A stretch of DNA of 64,000 bases, from assembly GCA_963716725.1 (NCBI GenBank), contig CAVQUB010000030.1, positions 1 through 64,000 on the forward strand, read 5' to 3'. Below, in pieces: positions 46,301 through 53,610 of the stretch; positions within the stretch are counted from its first letter, which is position 1, and every line of letters starts with the position of its first letter. A model generated the notes under the pieces. That model was not told the origin of the DNA and ran no database searches. It was given only the letters and a program-made list of their open reading frames with translations. The position numbers and the translations under genes are program-made. Source of the DNA: an uncultured delta proteobacterium (GTDB lineage: Bacteria; Myxococcota_A; Polyangia; Polyangiales; Polyangiaceae).

Positions 46301-46976
46301 GGGAGATCGCGTCGGGGACTCTGCAGTGTTCTCCGCCACAGAAAACAGCGTATTCCTGATTTCTGGCAAGCGCGGGTCTACACACACCAGCGAAGTTTGG
46401 AGTTACAACCTTGCCGCGCGCAGCTGGCAGCACCTGTTCCGAGGTGCGTCGGTGCATCCGCGGCGGGTGCTGGCCGCGACCTATGACTACAGCGCGAGGC
46501 AGCTCCTCGTTCTGGATGAAGTGCAGGTGGAGGACATTTTCATATCCAGTCAAGACGATGCCTACGGCAACGGAAAGGCGAAAAAGAAGACCAAGCTTCC
46601 GCCCGGATTGAATGCCCTGACCAAGCTGCGCCGGGCGCGCCTGATCCGCTACGATCTTGCCACAGGCGCCTCAAGTGTGGTGGCAACCTGGCCGCGCCAC
46701 AAGATCACTGATCGCTTTGCGATGTCGGTGTTGCCCGACGGATCATTCGTCCTGTTCGCAAGTGGGAAGAAGCTTCCCATCACGTTTGCGCTCAAAGGGC
46801 GTGTGACGGACAAGCTTCAGTGGCAGGGCGTGCGCATTCTGCACGGTCGGTTCTTCCTGGAGCCTTCCGCAACAGAGCAAGGCGTCGCCGTGGCGCTCAG
46901 ACGCAACAACCACAACGAGTTCGCGTTGCTCGCGTCTGATGACTTTCACGGGGGAGCCCCGCCCGGAGAGATGTAG
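43344..46976 (+). CDS. Large mosaic lipoprotein: trypsin-like (S1) serine protease, thrombospondin type-3 repeats, LDLa-like Cys repeats and C-terminal propeller-like region
   Basis: GGAGG RBS; lipobox ALAC; catalytic triad ILTAAHC / DLAIMKL / GDSGGP; DxDGDGxGDACDNCP repeats 44270-44700; CxxPCDG..DE..C motifs 45921-46208. Confidence 0.85.
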   Translation: MRLNRVAALALIVQGGALACSGETSTEALSTNRSEVFQAAGGANNGNFGGPWVFNTMAATNLPAAPVGMLGGLKTCSATAIERDVILTAAHCFCPFDNNALDATKYTFQLPTMAAPVAGVGTAGYKIFDKDNCDGGASLATDGNADLAIMKLSRNLTFAELPQVMPVYTFSDLEDRLFNAKTLSQHGPLQMTGWGVPNSVASSIRATGFMSASNEVTFTDFCNIFGNNCDPRYIHAKNIVSSGVNTISGDSGGPLTIRLAGEPNEAVIATYKGRYTGFTGAIIPDEWQLYSPTWDNGGGNGAFIRLHLNDADGDGFAENQDNCPATQCEVLSQCNNPTQLDTDGDGFGDACDNCPLIQNAAQGDFDKDGVGDACDPCPEIGGVGSGGDDDGDGAPNSCDNCRKVANPPLPCGASGNCEGNPKSQCLVDLNRCSGQPDGDGDGIGSACDICAGLKQLGLQANSNSVAEMRELQAELGDFCEPVPQFIARQVRKTLQSPPDPPDPNAQEGVGNTITLDATATFGRVSSPGVPAGVAAAPRSGKVGFRFCDCFDVGSGTFRDKQSCLDSGLCTPDPFQFDLPASLWKPITVASTYPGWNKFGPVPSTPAARGAVFGRSNAFTGDLVVNNEVSYANPDEAESGRIGRREMLAWRFAKDLVSSGLGGAVQGHVLAGVQFEQVAGIFWSRVSSANYESSRDATTFGRLRHTHTYARSNAWTLAFPAAVEPPECAPPCGLFFDPGIAGWLVQPSIDFTTRRGLAELLPQPGWLLPGAAGSVVAIGGGLGAGLDVSGLLTPTLRQLLAAGTTRWVAPVETGASLRQLGITTQAVLLPANWTQDSVIAEVVSTPDGALSLPSAPPSVQCGAGRVLAQCSGGLRCVIPCDGVVGNSPGNDDLPDPGCVLVAGTDYNDESPFVCESNSGFCMPGEVACASACFTPCDGSVGCTLNGRFGDENPSLCGAEAPGMAGVLLQAAFSEPVLQQEATSEFVPGDRVGDSAVFSATENSVFLISGKRGSTHTSEVWSYNLAARSWQHLFRGASVHPRRVLAATYDYSARQLLVLDEVQVEDIFISSQDDAYGNGKAKKKTKLPPGLNALTKLRRARLIRYDLATGASSVVATWPRHKITDRFAMSVLPDGSFVLFASGKKLPITFALKGRVTDKLQWQGVRILHGRFFLEPSATEQGVAVALRRNNHNEFALLASDDFHGGAPPGEM

Positions 46977-48379
46977 TGAGTGCTCGGCGCGCCAGGGCGC
47001 GTCTCGTCGCGCTGGCGCTCGTTGGCAGCGCAACGGGCGCAGCTTGCTCTTGTGATGACAAGTCCGACCGAGCACGGGCGGACGCGAATGCCTCCGAGTC
47101 CGGTGCTGGCGACTCGGCTCCGGACGGGGTGGCAAAGGACGGTGCGGGCACGGACGCGGCGGACGTGCACGACGGGTTCGCACCGATTGACGCGCCTTAC
47201 GACGTGGATCTGCCCGGCTTCGATTGGCTGGGTGATCCTGCTTGGAAACCGGTATCCACACTGCCGGGCTGCGATGTGCGCGTGGCGGACGGAGGCGTGC
47301 TTCCGCCGTGGCCAGGTTTCTTGTGGAAATCCTGCGGGCCGGGGTGCGAGCACGCGGACGTGGTCGCTGGTCCGGAGGCAATCTTCAAGGGCGCACAGCG
47401 TTTCGGCTCGCGCAGTGTGCTGGTGGGCGGCGAACCCATTCTCACGCTCGCGGCTGCGGTGCGGCAAACCAACCAGCCCGGTGTTGCCTGGGGCATGACC
47501 ATCCATGGCCGCACCGAGTTGCCCATCGCGTTCCTAGGCGAGTTTAGCGCTACCTGTTTGGGCTCTTTCCCTGGACTCTCCACGAATGCCTTTGCGCTGC
47601 GCGTCAACGGAGCCGGCGCAACCGTATTGGTTGGGCATGTTCCTGTCCAACCGGGTGGCACTGTCGTGTGGGCTAGTCCAGTGTTGACGAACAGCAACGG
47701 CGCGTTCCTCGCACGCCCCGCAGGCTGGATGGAGTTGCGCGCTGAGGCTTTGCTTCGAGAATCTCCCGCACTGACGTCCACCGCGTTCACGACCGTGCAC
47801 ACAATCCCGGGCGGAGCCTACCGCGCACTGCCTGTCGGCGAGACGGTCGCATGGGTTGAGTTTGGCAGCCGCATCACCATCGGCGGCTGGTCCGCGAAGC
47901 GTGGTGGGCGCACGCTCGTGCAGGACCCGGCCTATCACGCGGCTCACTTCGCCGCGGGCTCGAACTGGCTGGCCTGGGTCGGCGTCACTGGCAGCCAGGC
48001 GGATCAGGGTTCCTATGACACCGCGCGCCTGTACTGGGCGGCGTTCAATTCAGATCCCGAAAATGTGACCGCGGAACACAGCATTTCCTTGCCCGTGGCC
48101 AACTCCGTAGAACCCATCGTCGGAGGCGGGAACTACGTCGCGATGCAGGCCGGCACCGCGCCATTGCCGTCCCGGATGATCGTGGTCAACGTCACGGACA
48201 AGTCGGCGTGGAGCATTGACGGCAGCCTGGACGGTTACGCTACGCCACTCGCCGTTTTTGACGACACGCTCTTGGTCATGCGGGCCACGCCGGGCCTGCT
48301 GCAGCCCGCTCAATACTACGACGACCTTATTCGTTACGATTTGAAGCAACTCTCGTCTTTCGCGAAAAAACTGCCATGA
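46976..48379 (+). CDS. Lipoprotein, probable beta-propeller
   Basis: GTG overlaps upstream stop; signal ending AAC; WKSCGPGC motif seen in Polyangiaceae lipoproteins. Confidence 0.7.
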   Translation: MSARRARARLVALALVGSATGAACSCDDKSDRARADANASESGAGDSAPDGVAKDGAGTDAADVHDGFAPIDAPYDVDLPGFDWLGDPAWKPVSTLPGCDVRVADGGVLPPWPGFLWKSCGPGCEHADVVAGPEAIFKGAQRFGSRSVLVGGEPILTLAAAVRQTNQPGVAWGMTIHGRTELPIAFLGEFSATCLGSFPGLSTNAFALRVNGAGATVLVGHVPVQPGGTVVWASPVLTNSNGAFLARPAGWMELRAEALLRESPALTSTAFTTVHTIPGGAYRALPVGETVAWVEFGSRITIGGWSAKRGGRTLVQDPAYHAAHFAAGSNWLAWVGVTGSQADQGSYDTARLYWAAFNSDPENVTAEHSISLPVANSVEPIVGGGNYVAMQAGTAPLPSRMIVVNVTDKSAWSIDGSLDGYATPLAVFDDTLLVMRATPGLLQPAQYYDDLIRYDLKQLSSFAKKLP

Positions 48380-48696
48380 AGCTGCGGCAGGTCGCGATCG
48401 TGCTCGCTGTCGTGCGCGGGTCAATTTCGTGTGGCGGTTGTGACGACACAGGAAAGAGCACGAGGCTGATCGTCTTGGACGCGGACAACCTCGATCCGGT
48501 CTGTGCTCTTATTGAGTCGCCCTTTCCTGCCCAGGCCTGTGCCAGTGTCTGGCACATCAACATCGGAAGCTCCAGCAATGAGGTGATGGTGACCGCAGAC
48601 GGGTATCAGGCACGCTCAGTCGTTGTCAGCCCGGTGCGCTTCACATCTTGCGGCGAATCGGGCGGCTGCAACCTCGTCTTCATGGTCAAGCAATGA
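48376..48696 (+). CDS. Small Cys-containing lipoprotein-like protein
   Basis: ATGA overlap with the upstream gene; signal-like N-terminus then SCGGC; VTADGY motif. Confidence 0.55.
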   Translation: MKLRQVAIVLAVVRGSISCGGCDDTGKSTRLIVLDADNLDPVCALIESPFPAQACASVWHINIGSSSNEVMVTADGYQARSVVVSPVRFTSCGESGGCNLVFMVKQ

Positions 48697-49046
48697 CGCG
48701 ATTTGTCACTCGTACTTTGCTGTTCATAGCCCTCGTCGGAGCGTGTTCTTGCGACAACGAAACGGCGTGTCGTACGAGCCGAGTACTCATGGTAGTAGGT
48801 GAACAAGACGTACCCGTCTGCGATGCAACCGTGCGCCGCGAGTCACCAGGACCGCCGGTGGTGTTGGACACAACCGCAACGTGCAAGGCGGTCTACGAAA
48901 TCGCCGTCGATGGAGACGTGGCTATAGAAGTCTCCGCGCCCGGCCGTGCGACGCAGCGCGCGACTCTCGCCCCAGCCGTCGCCACGGATGACCGCCCATG
49001 TCGTTCGCAAGCATGCGCGATTGTGATCCTGGAACGTACGCCGTAG
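48693..49046 (+). CDS. Small lipoprotein
   Basis: ATGA overlap; MTRFVTRTLLFIALVGAC lipobox; IEVSAPG motif parallels VTADGY of the neighbour. Confidence 0.6.
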   Translation: MTRFVTRTLLFIALVGACSCDNETACRTSRVLMVVGEQDVPVCDATVRRESPGPPVVLDTTATCKAVYEIAVDGDVAIEVSAPGRATQRATLAPAVATDDRPCRSQACAIVILERTP

Positions 49047-49074
49047 CCGGGACCCGCTCTCGGTTGTAGTGGGC

Positions 49075-49435
49075 GAGTAGGAGGTCCATCAGCTTCTTGT
49101 CCATGACGAAGTAGAGTCCGACCGGATCGGCGCGCGTTTCTTCCAGCGCCGAACCGTAGTTCTTCAGCGCCTCGCCCGAGACACCCGCTTCCCACTGCCC
49201 CGAGGCGTGCCCGATCAGTTCGTGCATGTCCACCTTGAGGTTCTGCCCCTCGGTGCCGTGTTCATCGGCCAGTTGGACCTCCTCCGGGGAGAACGCGAAC
49301 TCGTTGAGCACGCCGCTGTCTTTCGACGCCTCGTCGTAGGCGTCCACGATGTTGTCCACGGACTCGTGGGTCGCGCGGTAGCCCAGCGGGTCTTCGTAGG
49401 TCTCGATGAAGCCATTGACCACGTCGATGCGCGAC
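49075..49435 (-). pseudogene. Dipeptidyl peptidase III (M49) fragment with internal deletion
   Basis: SRIDVVNGFIETYEDPLG..ES; NIVDAY; HELIGHASG (HExxGH); ALKNYGSALEETRAD; about 120 codons only, lacking N- and C-termini. Confidence 0.8.
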
Positions 49436-49453
49436 GCGCGCGGCCCGAGGTGC

Positions 49454-50302
49454 TCACCGAGCAGGCGCGTGATCTGAGTCCACGATCCGCCCGGCGCCCG
49501 CGTAGACGTTGAAGTTCGGCCCGCGCGAAAAGCCGATCAGGGTGAGCCCCGCGCGCGTCGCGGTGGCCACCGCCATGGAGGTCGGCGCCGAGACGGAAAC
49601 GAGCGCAGCGAAGCCCGCCACGACCGCCTTTTGAACGATCTCGAAGCTGGTGCGCCCGGAGACGACCAGGATCTTGCCTTGGGCGGGCAGCGCGTCGTCG
49701 AGGATCAGGCGTCCGACGGCTTTGTCGACGGCGTTGTGCCGACCCACGTCTTCGCGGACCAGCAGCCACTTGCCTTGCGCGTCGGCGACGCCCGCGGCGT
49801 GCAGCGCGCCGGTTCGAGCAAATACCGGCTGTTCCGCTGCGAGCCGAGTCGTGAGCGCGGCGAGCATTGTCCGCGCGAGTTCCGTACTGTCGTCGATGGG
49901 GGTGACGCGGTCCATCAGATCGTCGATGCTACGTCGCCCACACACCCCACAGCTCGCGTTGGTGAGCGTACCGCGCCTCGCGAGCTCGAAACGCTCTCCG
50001 TCCAGCCGCGTGCCCGGCGCTGCGGTGACTTCGATGGTGTTGCCGAATCCTTCGTCGCCCGCACGACCGCAATGGGCCAGTCCACCGAGATCGTGCTTGC
50101 TCCGGATCAGGCCCTCGCCCAAGAGCAATCCCGCTGTCAGCTCGGCGTCTTGGCCAGGGGTGCGCATGGTGATGGCGAAGGTCTCACCCGCGATGCGGAT
50201 CTCGAGAGGCTCTTCCACCACCACGAAGTCGTCGGTGGGCTCGGACGCCCCGTCTGCTCGGTGGCGCACGGCACGGTGCTTCGCCACCGCCTTGTCGGTC
50301 AT
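49454..50302 (-). CDS. fdhD: Formate dehydrogenase accessory sulfurtransferase FdhD
   Basis: EEPLEI, MRTPG, SCGVCG, TGALHAA, EDVGRHNAVDK, SGRTSFEIVQK, SAPTS. Confidence 0.95.
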   Translation of the reverse strand: MTDKAVAKHRAVRHRADGASEPTDDFVVVEEPLEIRIAGETFAITMRTPGQDAELTAGLLLGEGLIRSKHDLGGLAHCGRAGDEGFGNTIEVTAAPGTRLDGERFELARRGTLTNASCGVCGRRSIDDLMDRVTPIDDSTELARTMLAALTTRLAAEQPVFARTGALHAAGVADAQGKWLLVREDVGRHNAVDKAVGRLILDDALPAQGKILVVSGRTSFEIVQKAVVAGFAALVSVSAPTSMAVATATRAGLTLIGFSRGPNFNVYAGAGRIVDSDHAPAR

Positions 50303-51360
50303 TGGGCCTCGATACGCTCGAGGAAGCGCGCGAGGATGCGCTGACCTTCGACCAAGCCCGAGATCAGCGTCCACTCGTTCTTCTGGTGGGCCTGAGCCTG
50401 GACGCCTGGGCCGAAATTCACCGCGGCCACCCCGAGGGCTGCAAAGCGCGCGACGTCGGTCCATGCCTGCTTTGGCTCCACCGAGTGGACTCCGCTCGCG
50501 GCGAGTGCCTCCGCGAGGGGGTGGTGTCGGTGCGGGTGAGCGGCGGGCGACAAATCGATGAACTCGACATCCGCTTCGCCGGCGACCAGCGCGAGCACCT
50601 CCGCTTGGACTTGATCCAGTCCGCGATCGGGTCCGAATCGGCGATTGAGGTTGAGCTCGAAGAGGTCCGGGATCACGTTGCGTCCGCGACCGCCGCTGGC
50701 CAGCGTTGCGCTGGTGACGTGGACCCACTCGAGCTCGTCCACGCGGACGCGCTCCGGCTCCAGGGCGTTCAGGCGAGAAAGCAACGCCGCGGCTTTCTGG
50801 ATCGCGTTCTCGCCCTGCCAAGGTCGCGCCGAGTGGGCCGTGCGACCGCGGAAAGACAGCTTGGCGTGCACGGAGCCGCCGCATCCCAGCTGCAGCTTGT
50901 TGTCGCTGGGCTCGAGGGCGATGGCGAAGTCCACGTGTGCGAGCTCGGGATCTTCTGCGAGCACCAGCCCGAGCTCGTTCTCGGCAAAGGGACCTTCCTC
51001 CCGCGCGTAGAAGACCAGAGTGAGGTCCACGCGGTGCCGTTCGGTGCGCTCGGCCAACTCGAGCATCAGCGCGAGCCCGCTCTTCATGTCCGCCGCCCCC
51101 GGACCGTAGAGGCGATCGCCCTCTATCCCCGGCGGGTGCTCGTGCTCGGTGCGCACGACGTCGAGATGCCCCAGCAGGGCCAGCTTCGGGCCGCCGCTGC
51201 CCCGCGTCAGTGGCACCACAATGGAGTCGCCGAAGCGGCGGATGGGCGCCGCCAGCGGCACTCCGGCGAGGCGAGCCACGACAGCGTCGCACAGCGCGCG
51301 CTCCTCCCCGATGAACGACGGGGTTTCACACAACCAGAGCAGCGTTTGGGCGAGCTGCAT
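50299..51360 (-). CDS. dapE: Succinyl-diaminopimelate desuccinylase (M20 peptidase)
   Basis: GHLDVV, GAADMKSG, REEG, EPS, AHSARPWQGENAI, WTDVARF, NFGPG..AH..NE; directly downstream of dapD. Confidence 0.9.
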   Translation of the reverse strand: MQLAQTLLWLCETPSFIGEERALCDAVVARLAGVPLAAPIRRFGDSIVVPLTRGSGGPKLALLGHLDVVRTEHEHPPGIEGDRLYGPGAADMKSGLALMLELAERTERHRVDLTLVFYAREEGPFAENELGLVLAEDPELAHVDFAIALEPSDNKLQLGCGGSVHAKLSFRGRTAHSARPWQGENAIQKAAALLSRLNALEPERVRVDELEWVHVTSATLASGGRGRNVIPDLFELNLNRRFGPDRGLDQVQAEVLALVAGEADVEFIDLSPAAHPHRHHPLAEALAASGVHSVEPKQAWTDVARFAALGVAAVNFGPGVQAQAHQKNEWTLISGLVEGQRILARFLERIEAQ

Positions 51361-52184
51361 CAGACGGCAACGTTGAACTCTCGGAGCGCCGCGTTCAAGC
51401 TAGTCTTCTTGTCGGTGCTGTCTTTGCGCTGACCGATGATCAGGGCGCAGGGCACCATGTACTCTCCGGCGGGGAATTTCTTGGGGCGCATCCCCGGGAT
51501 CACGACGCTTCGGGCCGGGACCCGGCCGCGGTGCTCTACGGGTTCGCTGCCGGTCACATCGACGATGGGGGTCGACGCGGTGAGCGTGACTCCGGCGCCA
51601 ACCACCGCTTCGCTCTCGACCAACACGCCCTCCACGACGATGGCGCGGGAGCCGATGAAACAGCCGTCTTCGACGATCACCGGCTGAGCCCCCGGCGGCT
51701 CGAGTACGCCGCCGATGCCCACACCGCCCGACAGGTGGCAGTTCCTCCCGATTTGGGCGCAGGAGCCGACGGTGGCCCAGGTGTCCACCATGCTGCCGGC
51801 TCCGACCCGGGCACCAATGTTGACGTAGCCGGGCATCACGATGGCTCCGGCTTCGATGAACGCGCCGTAGCGCACGGTGCCCGGCGGGACGACGCGCACG
51901 CCCGCGGCGGCGAGGCCCTGCTTGAGCGGGATCTTGTCGAAGAACTCGATGGGCCCGGCTCTGAGGCGGCGCATCTCGGCGACGCTGAAATAAAGCAGCA
52001 CGGCTTGCTTCACCCAGGCGTGGGTCTGCCAGCTCCCCGGCCCGAGGGGGGAGGCCACGCGGATCTTGCCTTCGTCCAAGAGCGCGATGGCCGCATGGAC
52101 TGCGGCGCGGTGACGCGGCTCCTCGAGGAGAGCGCGGTTCGCGAAGGCTGCTTCGATCAACGGGCGGACGTCGGAGGCTTCCAC
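51360..52184 (-). CDS. dapD: 2,3,4,5-tetrahydropyridine-2,6-dicarboxylate N-succinyltransferase
   Basis: WVKQAVLLYF, FFDKIPLK, RVVPP, MVDTWATVGSCAQIG, GIGGVLEP. Confidence 0.97.
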   Translation of the reverse strand: MEASDVRPLIEAAFANRALLEEPRHRAAVHAAIALLDEGKIRVASPLGPGSWQTHAWVKQAVLLYFSVAEMRRLRAGPIEFFDKIPLKQGLAAAGVRVVPPGTVRYGAFIEAGAIVMPGYVNIGARVGAGSMVDTWATVGSCAQIGRNCHLSGGVGIGGVLEPPGAQPVIVEDGCFIGSRAIVVEGVLVESEAVVGAGVTLTASTPIVDVTGSEPVEHRGRVPARSVVIPGMRPKKFPAGEYMVPCALIIGQRKDSTDKKTSLNAALREFNVAV

Positions 52185-52230
52185 GACTGGCGTGGATAGC
52201 CCGAATCGACCGGGAGCAGAACGAAATCCG

Positions 52231-53037
52231 TCAGGCGGACATCAGCAACGAGACCCGAGGAATGCTCTCGTCCCACTCGAGGCGCGCTGAACAGCCATCT
52301 GCCGCGGCCCGGGCGCAGGCCAGCGTGGGCTCGACGAGGGGGAGGGTCGGCAATGAAACTATCTCTGCCAGCGAATCGCCGACCTCGATCACGAGGCAGC
52401 TGTCGGAACCGCGCCGCACGATGGGCGTGCTCTGGGTGTGTCGGTGCACGAGGCTCGCGCCGATCCCCAACACCAGACCACACACGCGTGGGTTGACCGA
52501 GACCTCTCCAGACAGTCCCGGTTCGATGCCCACTTTGATCTGAGCACCGTCGCCGTGAGACATGGCTGCGTTGCGCAGGAAGTCCGACAGTTCGAGGGCC
52601 ACATGGCTCCCGGACACGGCGTCGTCCAAGAGATCGACCAACGCTCGACCCACCTCGAGCTCCAGGCACAGGCGGGCGACCGACTGCTCGAGCGCCAGGC
52701 GAGCCTTGGCGTTGACAGGTTTTCCCGATGCGCCCACCAGCGTCCGCTCGAGCTCGCGAGTGCGTGGCGCGATCCAGTCGAGCAGCTCGTCGACCGCCGC
52801 GCGACCTCCCGGCAGCCGCTTGGCCACCGCTTCGAGAACGATGCGGATGTTTGCCTCGATCGCGGCGCCGGAGTCACCGACTTCGGGCAAGACGCCCTCG
52901 ATGGAGCGGGGCCCGACGCGAACGCTCTGCAGGCCGCGAAGGAGGTTCTTCACGCTCCCGAGGGCGTCACGCAGATTCCCGCGCGCAGCCGCGAGCCGTT
53001 CCCCTTCGGGTGTCGCGTCGGAGGTTCCGCTCGGCAT
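52231..53037 (-). CDS. Hypothetical protein (possibly degenerate histidine-kinase-like fold)
   Basis: Long ORF between ndk and dapD on the same strand; helical N-terminus; no intact H/N/G boxes. Confidence 0.55.
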   Translation of the reverse strand: MPSGTSDATPEGERLAAARGNLRDALGSVKNLLRGLQSVRVGPRSIEGVLPEVGDSGAAIEANIRIVLEAVAKRLPGGRAAVDELLDWIAPRTRELERTLVGASGKPVNAKARLALEQSVARLCLELEVGRALVDLLDDAVSGSHVALELSDFLRNAAMSHGDGAQIKVGIEPGLSGEVSVNPRVCGLVLGIGASLVHRHTQSTPIVRRGSDSCLVIEVGDSLAEIVSLPTLPLVEPTLACARAAADGCSARLEWDESIPRVSLLMSA

Positions 53038-53055
53038 TGGGCGGAATTGTGGGGC

Positions 53056-53475
53056 TCAGAGCAGGTCGTGACCAGGGAAGAAGTAGGCGCACTCTTTCAC
53101 GCCATTTTCCTCGGAGTCCGAGCCGTGACAGGCGTTTTCGCCCACGTTCGTTCCGTAGAGTTTGCGAATCGTGCCCTCGGTAGCCTTGGCCGGGTCCGTC
53201 GCACCGATCACGTCTCGGTAGTGTTGGACGGCGTTGTCGCGCTGGAGGGCGACGAGCACGACCGGCCCGCGGGTCATGAATGTGCACAGCTCGTCGAAGA
53301 ACGGCCGTTCGCGGTGGACCGCGTAAAAGCCCTCGGCCTGCACGCGCGTGAGGTGGGTCTGGCGCATGGCCACCACCCCGAAACCCTCGACCAGCAGTCG
53401 CTGGAGGATGTGTCCTTGGACGCGCTTCTCGACGGCGTCGGGCTTGATGATGCAGAGCGTTCGCTGGGTCGCCAT
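53056..53475 (-). CDS. ndk: Nucleoside diphosphate kinase
   Basis: RTLCIIKPDAV, FYAVHRERPFF, GATDP, GTIR, NACHGSDS. Confidence 0.98.
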   Translation of the reverse strand: MATQRTLCIIKPDAVEKRVQGHILQRLLVEGFGVVAMRQTHLTRVQAEGFYAVHRERPFFDELCTFMTRGPVVLVALQRDNAVQHYRDVIGATDPAKATEGTIRKLYGTNVGENACHGSDSEENGVKECAYFFPGHDLL

Positions 53476-53610
53476 GGTAACTCCGATGATTTTCGCTAGG
53501 TTATCCCGCCCGATGGGCGGGCCTCTTACGGCAGGGCCGGGCCCCGATCAACAGAGAACTGCCTGCTGAGCACCCGGTCAGTGGGGGTTTGTGCGGCTCT
53601 TGCCCAGCGA

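Noticed and set aside
43300..49050. Prophage or integrative element
   Set aside because: No integrase, transposase, phage structural gene, tRNA or flanking direct repeat was recognised; kept only as a compositional island
53476..53610. Hidden HxsA precursor downstream of hxsB
   Set aside because: No His-Xaa-Ser repeat in the frames I read; only a short GC hairpin (CCCGCCC-GAT-GGGCGGG) upstream of ndk
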